Shown here: positions 18,761-26,008 of the stretch, piece by piece
How the letters are laid out: each line of letters starts with the position of its first letter
Numbering within the stretch: position 1 is the first letter of the stretch
Source of the DNA: Pirellulales bacterium
Lineage (GTDB): Bacteria; Planctomycetota; Planctomycetia; Pirellulales; Lacipirellulaceae
Assembly: GCA_019636345.1 (NCBI GenBank)
Contig: JAHBXQ010000001.1
Coordinates: 431,985-463,984, forward strand
Reading direction: 5' to 3'
DNA: 32,000 nucleotides
The notes under the pieces: model-generated
What the model saw: the letters and a program-made list of their open reading frames with translations, nothing else
Database searches by the model: none
Told to the model about the DNA's origin: nothing
Program-made: the position numbers and the translations under genes

Positions 18761-19696
18761 ATGGAAGAATCTGCCGCTCCGCTCCCCGCCAACATTCGCA
18801 GCGTACAGCCCGGCGGGGGGAAGTGCTATGCGATCGAGCTTGCCTGGGGCCGCTGGCGGCGGCGGTGGCTGAAGACCTTTCGCCGCGGGTACGTAGCGCG
18901 GATGGCGACGCTGCGCGAAGGGTCGACCGAGGGCGCCCCGCACGAGGTGCTCGATCCGCGCGATCTCAAGTATTGCTCGAACCTGTGCGCTGCGCGGTGG
19001 CCCGCGGAACACGACCCGTTCTTGTGGCGCGACAACCTGCCGTTCACGCGGTGGGGATTGGCCGAGCTGCAACTCATGGGCTGGCCGCTGTTGGCGGCGA
19101 CCGTGGCGCTGGCCGGTTGCTGCTGCGGCCCGTGGCGCTGGGCGGCGGTCGTGCCGGGGGTGCTGCTGGGGCTGGTGCTGTGGTTCTTTCGCGATCCGCG
19201 ACGGGTCGTCCCCGGCGATCCCGACGCGATCGTTTCGCCGGCCGACGGCACGATCGCCGAGGTGACGGAGCTCGACCACTACGACTTCCTGGACGGGCCG
19301 GCCGTACGGGTCGGGATCTTTCTGTCGATCTTCAACGTCCACGTGAACCGCTCGCCGCGGGCTGCGGTCGTGGCGGCGCTTGATTACAAGCCGGGAGAGT
19401 TTCTCAACGCGATCAACCCGGAAAGCGCGATTCGCAACGAGTATATGTGGATCGGCTTGGAAGACGCTCTTCGCCCCGACGTGCGGATGGCCGTGCGGCA
19501 AATCTCGGGGCTGATCGCCCGGCGTATCGTGTGTGCGCTCAAGCCGGGGCAGCCGCTGGCGCGGGGGCAAAAGTTTGGTATGATCAAGCTTGGTTCGCGA
19601 ACTGAACTGGTGCTCCCGCGGGAGGCGGTGCGCGTCGAGGTCGCCGTGGGCCAAAAGGTGCAAGCCGGGACGACGGTGCTGGCGCGCTTCGTTTGA
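18761..19696 (+). CDS. psd: Phosphatidylserine decarboxylase proenzyme (short/Asd-like type) with an N-terminal extension
   Basis: Core DPDAIVSPADGTIAEV...FLSIFNVHVNRSP...GQKFGMIKLGSRTELVLP, where the GS of LGSR fits the self-cleavage site, preceded by two TM helices. The start is set at the ATG at 18761; the GTG at 18719 is an alternative. Confidence 0.85.
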   Translation: MEESAAPLPANIRSVQPGGGKCYAIELAWGRWRRRWLKTFRRGYVARMATLREGSTEGAPHEVLDPRDLKYCSNLCAARWPAEHDPFLWRDNLPFTRWGLAELQLMGWPLLAATVALAGCCCGPWRWAAVVPGVLLGLVLWFFRDPRRVVPGDPDAIVSPADGTIAEVTELDHYDFLDGPAVRVGIFLSIFNVHVNRSPRAAVVAALDYKPGEFLNAINPESAIRNEYMWIGLEDALRPDVRMAVRQISGLIARRIVCALKPGQPLARGQKFGMIKLGSRTELVLPREAVRVEVAVGQKVQAGTTVLARFV

Positions 19697-19785
19697 TCGT
19701 CCCAAGCCCCGCTGCCTGCAGGGGCTCAGCCCGCGCACCATCGCGTCCCGCGCTCTCCCCCCTGACCTCCGACCGCTCCCCCCCA

Positions 19786-20700
19786 ATGCGTCGCATCCGC
19801 GCCGTCGCCGTTTTTCCGACGCTGTTCACGCTGGGCAACCTCGTGTGCGGCTTCTTCGCGATCGTCGTCGCGTCGCGAATCGCTCGGCCGGGCGACGAGA
19901 CGTTCGTGGCGCCGCCGGGGATCGAGGCGACCGACTCCGCCGAGGCGCCCCACGCAGCCAAGCCCTCGCCTCGGCTGGATTCGATCCGCGAGTTGCTGCG
20001 CAGCGTCGACCCGACCCACAACCTGATGCTGTGCGGGGGGCTGATCTTCGCGGCGATGTTGCTCGACATGTTCGACGGGCAAGTCGCCCGGCTCGCCAAG
20101 GTCACCAGCGATTTCGGCGCCCAGCTTGACAGTCTGTGCGACGTCGTGAGCTTCGGCGTCGCGCCGGCGATCCTGCTGGTGAAGATGTGCCCCCAGTTCG
20201 CCGAGGTTCATCGCGAGGCGATTTGGTGCATCGCGGCGTTGTTCGCCTGTTGTGCAGCAATGCGGCTGGCGCGGTTCAACGTCGAGATCGACGAGGAGGA
20301 CGACCACTCGTGGTTCGAGGGACTGCCGAGCCCCGCGGCAGCGGCGGTGATCGCCAGCTTCGCCATGTTCTCCTACACGCTCCGCAACGAGATCAACGCC
20401 GGGAAGGATTTGTTCGAGCAGTTCGACTGGTGGCTGCAGCGGGTGTTGCCGCTGGTGGCGCTGGCGATCGGGCTGTTGATGGTGTCGCGGATCCCTTACC
20501 CCCACTTGGTGAACCACCTGCTGCGCGGGCAGCGCAGTTTTCCGCAACTTGTCGCGATCGTGTTCGCGGTGATGACGCTCGTGGCGGTGCGGTGGTACGC
20601 CATCCCCGTGATGTGCGCGGCGTATGCAATCGCCCCGGCTCTGTGGCACGGCTGGCAATGGCACGGCTGGCGCCGGCTGGCCCACGGAAGGGCGGGCTGA
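19786..20700 (+). CDS. pssA: CDP-diacylglycerol--serine O-phosphatidyltransferase (CDP-alcohol phosphatidyltransferase family)
   Basis: DMFDGQVARLAKVTSDFGAQLDSLCD matches the D-x2-DG-x2-AR-x8-G-x3-D-x3-D signature exactly. Multi-pass membrane protein. The start at ATG 19786 (MRRIRAVAVFPTLFTLGN) is typical for the family. Confidence 0.85.
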   Translation: MRRIRAVAVFPTLFTLGNLVCGFFAIVVASRIARPGDETFVAPPGIEATDSAEAPHAAKPSPRLDSIRELLRSVDPTHNLMLCGGLIFAAMLLDMFDGQVARLAKVTSDFGAQLDSLCDVVSFGVAPAILLVKMCPQFAEVHREAIWCIAALFACCAAMRLARFNVEIDEEDDHSWFEGLPSPAAAAVIASFAMFSYTLRNEINAGKDLFEQFDWWLQRVLPLVALAIGLLMVSRIPYPHLVNHLLRGQRSFPQLVAIVFAVMTLVAVRWYAIPVMCAAYAIAPALWHGWQWHGWRRLAHGRAG

Positions 20701-20704
20701 CGCG

Positions 20705-21304
20705 ATGTTCACCGGGCTCGTGCAAAGTCTTGCAGAGGTGCGCTCGCTCGAGCGCATCGGTCCCGGGGTGCGACTGGTCGTCGCCGATCGCGACGTCTCC
20801 GCACGGACCGCGATCGGCGGCAGCGTGGCGGTCAACGGCTGCTGCCTTACGGCGGTGACGATTGCCGGGGACGAACTCGGGTTCGACGCCGGCGAGGAGA
20901 CGCTTCGTCGCACGAATCTCGGCCAGTTGAAGCCGGGCGACCGGGTCAATCTGGAGACCTCGCTGCGAATGGGGGACGAACTCGGGGGGCACTTGGTCAC
21001 CGGTCATATCGACGGGGTCGGCGCCGTGGCCGCGCGGCACGACGATGGCCAGTGGTGCACGATGAGGTTCTTCGCTCCGGGCGCGCTGCTCGTGCAGATG
21101 GCGAGCAAGGGCTCGGTGGCCGTCGACGGGGTGAGCCTGACCTTGGTCGACGTGACGGACGCTGAGTTCAGCGTAGCCCTGATCCCCCACACCCTTGCGG
21201 CGACGACCCTGGGCCTTCGCCAGATCGGCGACGCCGTGAATCTGGAAACCGACGTGCTGGCTAAGTACGTCGAGAAGCAGTTGCAGGGGCGCAGGGATGC
21301 GTGA
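20705..21304 (+). CDS. ribE: Riboflavin synthase (alpha chain)
   Basis: Starts MFTGLVQ. Internal two-fold repeat (GGSVAVNGCCLT / GSVAVDGVSLT) and a C-terminal NLETDVLAKYVE. The ATG is 4 nt after the pssA stop. Confidence 0.9.
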   Translation: MFTGLVQSLAEVRSLERIGPGVRLVVADRDVSARTAIGGSVAVNGCCLTAVTIAGDELGFDAGEETLRRTNLGQLKPGDRVNLETSLRMGDELGGHLVTGHIDGVGAVAARHDDGQWCTMRFFAPGALLVQMASKGSVAVDGVSLTLVDVTDAEFSVALIPHTLAATTLGLRQIGDAVNLETDVLAKYVEKQLQGRRDA

Positions 21305-21393
21305 CGTTTGATTGTTGATCTCGAACAGACTCAGCGCCGTGTTCCTCCTTTCTCTGACCTCCGAACTCCCTCCCCTGACCACTCGCCGCCGCC

Positions 21394-22299
21394 ATGTCGC
21401 GCCAGACCAAGACCTTTCTGATGCAGCGGTTCCGCGAGATGGGGATCGCCCCGGCGACGCGGCACGGACAGAACTTTCTCATTGATCTGAATCTGCAGCA
21501 GTTGATCGTCGACGCGGCGCAGCTCGACAAACGCGACGTCGTGCTCGAAGTGGGGACCGGCACCGGCGCCCTGACCGCGAAGATGGCCCGTCAGGCCGCC
21601 GCAGTCGTCACGGTGGAGATCGACGGCCACTTGTTCGAGTTGGCGAGCGAGCTGTTGCTCGATTTCGACAACGTGACCATGCTCAAGCTTGACGCGCTGC
21701 ACAACAAGAACCGCTTCCACCCGGCGGTTATGGAAGCCGTCGGCCAACGGCTGGCCGAGGCCCCCGACCGGCGGTTCAAGCTGGTCGCCAACCTGCCGTA
21801 TAACATCGCCACGCCGGTGCTCAGCAACCTGCTGTCGTGCGAGCACGTCCCCTACTCGATGACCGCGACGATCCAGAAGGAATTGGCCGACCGCATCGTC
21901 GCGTCGCCGTGGTCGAAGGACTACAGCGGGCTCAGCGTCTGGATGCAATGCCAGGCCGACGCCGAGATCGTGCGGATCATGGGGCCGTCGGTCTTCTGGC
22001 CTGCGCCGAAGGTTGACTCGGCGATCATCCGCATCGCGGTCAACGAGGCGAAGCGCGCAGCCGTGCCCGACCTGCATTACTTTCACCAATTCACCAAGGC
22101 GATCTTCATCCATCGCCGCAAGTTTCTGCGGGCCAACGTCGTCGCGGCCATGAAGCGGCATCTCGACAAGGCCGAAGTCGACGAAATCTTGGCCGAAATG
22201 GAGTTCGCCGACGACGTGCGGACCGAACAGCTCGACGTGGCGACGCTGCTCCGGCTGACCGAGCTCGTGCGCGCCAAAGCGCCCGACTGGACGCTGTAG
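21394..22299 (+). CDS. rsmA: 16S rRNA (adenine1518-N6/adenine1519-N6)-dimethyltransferase
   Basis: HGQNFLID, VLEVGTGTGALT and NLPYNIATP, the KsgA/RsmA signature blocks. 301 aa. Confidence 0.9.
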   Translation: MSRQTKTFLMQRFREMGIAPATRHGQNFLIDLNLQQLIVDAAQLDKRDVVLEVGTGTGALTAKMARQAAAVVTVEIDGHLFELASELLLDFDNVTMLKLDALHNKNRFHPAVMEAVGQRLAEAPDRRFKLVANLPYNIATPVLSNLLSCEHVPYSMTATIQKELADRIVASPWSKDYSGLSVWMQCQADAEIVRIMGPSVFWPAPKVDSAIIRIAVNEAKRAAVPDLHYFHQFTKAIFIHRRKFLRANVVAAMKRHLDKAEVDEILAEMEFADDVRTEQLDVATLLRLTELVRAKAPDWTL

Positions 22300-22389
22300 C
22301 GCGCAGCAGGCAGTTGGACAAACCGCCCACGCGCGAGTATCGTGGCGGAGTCGAGTTTCCGCCCGTCCGGCTGCGAGGACGACCGAGCC

Positions 22390-22617
22390 ATGAGCTTCAT
22401 CGAGTTGACCGGCGCCACGTTGCGCGACATCCTGCACGACGACGAACTGAGCGCCGACGAACTGGATCAGGCCCGGGTCGAGGACGGCACGATCGTCCGC
22501 GTCAACCACGAGGGGGACATCGAGGTCCGCCGGCACGACGGTTGGGAGGTCGTCGGCGGCCTCCTGGGCGCTTTCGAGGAACGCCTGCGAATCGCCACCG
22601 GGCTGGACTGGGCCTGA
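22390..22617 (+). CDS. Small acidic hypothetical protein (75 aa)
   Basis: Strong GC3 codon bias through the ORF. ATG at 22390 with GAGGA about 10 nt upstream. I recognise no motif. Confidence 0.5.
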   Translation: MSFIELTGATLRDILHDDELSADELDQARVEDGTIVRVNHEGDIEVRRHDGWEVVGGLLGAFEERLRIATGLDWA

Positions 22618-22737
22618 TTCGTAGGGGGCTGAGGGACCCCCGGCAACGCCCCGCCGCCGCTCACTCCGGCGCTTGCGGCTGTGCGCCCCGGCCCGCTTCT
22701 CCCGCAAATCTGCCGCTTGCACCGATTCCGCGGTCGG

Positions 22738-22765
22738 GGCGGCCGATTCTTCCGAATCCGCCGCC
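22738..22765 (+). other. Strong GC-rich hairpin without a U-tract (possible intrinsic terminator or protein-binding inverted repeat)
   Basis: GGCGGCCGATTC-ttcc-GAATCCGCCGCC, with 12-nt arms and one mismatch. It lies 120 nt after the small ORF and 138 nt before hisB. Confidence 0.3.
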
Positions 22766-22902
22766 CGCGAACCGGCTCCCTGCGGCACGCGTCCGTGATA
22801 CGATCGAGTGGATGAGAACCGAGGGGACTCCGGGCCGCGTGGCGGTCCGACTCTTCCGCCGAACTTTGGGTTCGCACGTCGTCACGTTCGTTCCGGATCG
22901 CT

Positions 22903-23496
22903 ATGCCGCGCACCGCTTCCGTCAACCGTCAAACGGCTGAAACGCAGATCGAGCTCGAGCTGGCGCTTGACGGTGCAGGTCAGGCCGACGTCGCGACGGG
23001 GATCGGCTTTTTCGACCACATGCTCGTCCTGTTCGCCAAGCACGGGGCGTTCGATCTGAGGGTCCGCGCCGTCGGCGATCTGCACGTCGATCAACACCAC
23101 ACGGTCGAGGACACGGGGATCTGCCTCGGTCAGGCCTTCCGACAAGCCCTGGGGGACAAGGCAGGGATCCGCCGCTACGGCCACTTCACGCTGCCGATGG
23201 AAGAGACGCTGGCGACGGTCGCGGTGGACCTGAGCGGGCGGTACGCGCTCGCCTACAACGCCCCCACTCCGTCGCAGAAGATCGGCGATTTCGACGCGGA
23301 GCTGCTGGAAGACTTCTGGCAGGCGACGGCCGCGAACTGCCTATGCAACCTGCACGTGCTGTTGCACTACGGCCGCAACAGCCATCACATCGCCGAGGCG
23401 ACCTTCAAAGCCGTAGCCCGGGCGTTTCGCATGGCGGTCGAACTCGACCCCCGGATGCCGGGCGTGCCGAGCACGAAGGGGACGCTCAGCACGTAG
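22903..23496 (+). CDS. hisB: Imidazoleglycerol-phosphate dehydratase
   Basis: [29 protein letters not shown] and [14 protein letters not shown], the canonical IGPD blocks. 197 aa, monofunctional. Confidence 0.95.
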   Translation: MPRTASVNRQTAETQIELELALDGAGQADVATGIGFFDHMLVLFAKHGAFDLRVRAVGDLHVDQHHTVEDTGICLGQAFRQALGDKAGIRRYGHFTLPMEETLATVAVDLSGRYALAYNAPTPSQKIGDFDAELLEDFWQATAANCLCNLHVLLHYGRNSHHIAEATFKAVARAFRMAVELDPRMPGVPSTKGTLST

Positions 23497-23549
23497 GGCG
23501 AGCGGCATCCCGCGCGGTCGATCACAAGACGAAGACTCGTCGGTTCCGC

Positions 23550-24161
23550 TCACTCGCCGAAGTGTTCCACGTAATCGGCGATTGCCGCCTGGACGACCTT
23601 CTCGGCTTCTTCCCTGCCCATGGCCGCGGAGATGTCGACCTTGGCGTCCTCGGGGGTCAGCATCTTGTAGGTGCTGAAGTAGTGCCGCAGGCGGTCGACC
23701 ATCACCTTGGGCAGATCGGCGACGTCCTTGACCTCGTGCCACATGTTGTCGTTTTCCAACACGGCGACGATCTTGTGGTCGGCCTCGTCGTTGTCGAGCA
23801 TCGGCAGGACGCCGACGACGCGGGCCTTGAGGATGATTTCGCTGTTCTGGATCGGCCGTTCGCTGATAACGCAGATGTCCAGCGGGTCGCCGTCCCCCGT
23901 CTTGGCGCCGGGAATGAGGTCCTTGACCCGGTTGCCGCAGTAGGTGCGGGGGACGAACCCGTACAGCGTCGGGCAGAACGACGACGTCCGATTGGGGCGG
24001 TCGACGCGCAGGTACCCGGTCTTCTTGTCGAGTTCGTACTTGATTCGATCGAACGGAGTCAGCTCGATGTAGGCGTGCACGATCGACGGGGGATCGGGCC
24101 CCACGTCGAGTCCATGCCAGGGGTGGGGACGCCAGCGATAGAAGGGCGAGGGGAAGCCCAT
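23550..24161 (-). CDS. ppa: Inorganic pyrophosphatase, family I
   Basis: [41 protein letters not shown] and DHKIVAV. The start is set at ATG 24161 (203 aa). Confidence 0.9.
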   Translation of the reverse strand: MGFPSPFYRWRPHPWHGLDVGPDPPSIVHAYIELTPFDRIKYELDKKTGYLRVDRPNRTSSFCPTLYGFVPRTYCGNRVKDLIPGAKTGDGDPLDICVISERPIQNSEIILKARVVGVLPMLDNDEADHKIVAVLENDNMWHEVKDVADLPKVMVDRLRHYFSTYKMLTPEDAKVDISAAMGREEAEKVVQAAIADYVEHFGE

Positions 24162-24208
24162 GGAAGGCGGAAGGGGGGAGGGAGGAAGGCGGGTGGGAAC
24201 AGCAGACG

Positions 24209-24231
24209 GCAAAGTGCAGTCTGCAAAGTGC
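24209..24231 (-). repeat. Direct repeat GCACTTTGC-N5-GCACTTTGC in the ppa upstream region
   Basis: On the plus strand GCAAAGTGC occurs at 24209-24217 and 24223-24231, 48-70 nt upstream of the ppa ATG. A second direct repeat (minus-strand GAGCACC; plus-strand GGTGCTC at 24253-24259 and 24281-24287) lies just upstream. Confidence 0.5.
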
Positions 24232-24300
24232 TTGAGCGGGACGGGCGCGCGGGGTGCTCGGGGAGGGAGGTCGGAATAGCGGTGCTCAGGGGGGCTCGGC

Positions 24301-25635
24301 TCAGTTGGGGCCGCCGCTGTCCCCTTCGTTGACGTACGTTTCCAGGAACCGGGTGAGCTTCTGGAAGTCGCTGTCCCGCTCGATGTAGCGGACCACCGTC
24401 ACCAGCGTCTCGGGGTCGACCAACTCCTCGAACGGCACGTACTCGAGCTTCAACTGGCCGCTGACGCTGACCATCACGCCGTTGAGCCGCTTCTCGACAA
24501 GGGCTCGGTAGGCGCCGACGCCCAACTGGCTCCCCAGCATGACGTCGAACGCATGGGGCTTGGCGCAGCGGGCCTCGTAGCCGAGTTGCACCGCAGTCAC
24601 CTTGCGCTTCTTGCCCGTCTGGCGGTTGTATTCCTTGGCGATCAACTCGGCGAACAGGTCGTGCAGATTCACGGCCGAGATGTTGATATGGCCGTGATCG
24701 TCGCGCGAGATTCCTTCCAGATACTGGGAGGGAAGATATTCGGCCAACCCCTCGGCGATGACGATCACCCCGTATTCCTTCCCTTCGCGTTCGCGGGCGG
24801 TGATCGTGGCGACGATGCGGGTGATCACCTCGTCGAGCTTCATCACGGTGCGGGTCGACTTTTCGCCCGTAGCGGGGTCGATCCGCTCCTCCGTGCCGCG
24901 GTACTTGCCGACGACGTCCTCGACGCTGACCACCAGGCTTGCCTCGCCGGCGATCGCCACGCCGTAGGCCAACCAGCCGGCGCTGCGGCCCATGCTCTCG
25001 GCGAGGAAGTAGCTGCGATTCGCCTCGGCGTCGGCCAGCATATTGCGGACCTCGGTCGCCAGAAAGTCGACCGCCGTGAAGTAGCCGAACGTAAAATCGA
25101 TGCCGCGGTAGTCGTTGTCGATCGTCTTGGGGAGGTGGACCACCGGGATGCGGTGGGCGTCCAGCGGCAGACTGTCTTGGTACAGCTTGAACTTGTTGGC
25201 GGTCTTCAAGGTGTCGTCGCCGCCGATCGACACCAGCAGGTCGACTCCAATCGAACGGAGCGCCTCGTACACCGTCTTGAGGGGAGCGACTCGTTCGGGA
25301 TCGCTCAAATGCGAGGGATGCGACACGTTCTTGCCGGGATTCGCCCGGGCGGTGCCGATCATGATCCCTTGCGAGTTGCGGGTGCGACGGAGCCAGCGGT
25401 GGTCGAGCATCACGTAGTCTTGCCCCTCGACAAGCGGGCGCGTCGAGGAGAACTCCATGAGATTCGAGTAGCCGTGCTTCACGCCGACGACTTCGATCTC
25501 GTTGCGGAGAAACGACACCGCCGCGGCCGAGATGACGGCGTTGGCCCCGGGGGCGGGACCGCCGGCGAACAAAATCGCCGCCCGACGAAAATTGTGGGGC
25601 ATCTTCGGGGGACGTGACAGCGTATTTTCGGCCAT
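24301..25635 (-). CDS. pfp: Pyrophosphate-dependent 6-phosphofructokinase (PPi-PFK)
   Basis: PFK family blocks [22 protein letters not shown] and LPKTIDND. The Asp in GGDD and the Lys in PKTIDND mark PPi-dependent rather than ATP-dependent enzymes. The start is set at ATG 25635 (MAENT...); the TTG at 25665 is an alternative. Confidence 0.9.
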   Translation of the reverse strand: MAENTLSRPPKMPHNFRRAAILFAGGPAPGANAVISAAAVSFLRNEIEVVGVKHGYSNLMEFSSTRPLVEGQDYVMLDHRWLRRTRNSQGIMIGTARANPGKNVSHPSHLSDPERVAPLKTVYEALRSIGVDLLVSIGGDDTLKTANKFKLYQDSLPLDAHRIPVVHLPKTIDNDYRGIDFTFGYFTAVDFLATEVRNMLADAEANRSYFLAESMGRSAGWLAYGVAIAGEASLVVSVEDVVGKYRGTEERIDPATGEKSTRTVMKLDEVITRIVATITAREREGKEYGVIVIAEGLAEYLPSQYLEGISRDDHGHINISAVNLHDLFAELIAKEYNRQTGKKRKVTAVQLGYEARCAKPHAFDVMLGSQLGVGAYRALVEKRLNGVMVSVSGQLKLEYVPFEELVDPETLVTVVRYIERDSDFQKLTRFLETYVNEGDSGGPN

Positions 25636-25765
25636 GGCGAACTCTCTAGACTCTCGGGCAGACAATCATCGTGATGCAGGCCGGGCTGGCTGGCAGGGCC
25701 GGTTCGCACGGGTCGCGAACTCGGCAGGGCCCGGGCGGGGACGCCCCTGGCCGGGGCGAGCCGCC

Positions 25766-25794
25766 ATTCTAAACGCGAGGGCGCCAACTGGGAA
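25766..25794 (-). promoter_or_regulatory. Candidate sigma70-type promoter for pfp
   Basis: The minus strand reads TTCCCA (25794-25789), a 17-nt spacer, then TAGAAT (25771-25766). This implies a GC-rich leader of about 125 nt that carries GGCCCTGCC twice around a 6-bp hairpin. Confidence 0.3.
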
Positions 25795-25910
25795 CGGGCC
25801 CTGGGGGACAGGGAATTCCGGGACCTTGGAACCGTGGGGGGAAATGCGTTCTGAAATCCCTTCGGACGCCTTGCTCGGGCTGATTGGGGAGTGCGAGGCC
25901 CAAGCCGAAG

Positions 25911-26005
25911 CATGGCTGCGGCTTGCGGCAACCGCCACGCCGGACTCCCCGCTGCCGCAAAGAACTCGAGGTCGGAGCGTCCCCTCATCCGCCGGCGCAG
26001 CCATG
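25911..26005 (-). terminator. Nested stem-loop structure immediately downstream of accC (candidate U-poor terminator)
   Basis: A 10-bp inverted repeat (CATGGCTGCG at 25911-25920 and CGCAGCCATG at 25996-26005) encloses an 8-bp hairpin TTGCGGCA...TGCCGCAA (minus-strand sense). It begins 3 nt after the accC stop codon. Confidence 0.3.
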
Positions 26006-26008
26006 GCG

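Noticed and set aside
25636-26008. Possible hidden gene in the 373-bp pfp-accC gap (ORFs 25666-26070, 25479-25988, 25769-25960 and 25884-26213).
   Set aside because: The translations are Arg/Pro/Ser-rich with no motifs. The ORFs overlap one another and the flanking genes in different frames. Promoter- and terminator-like elements explain the space better.
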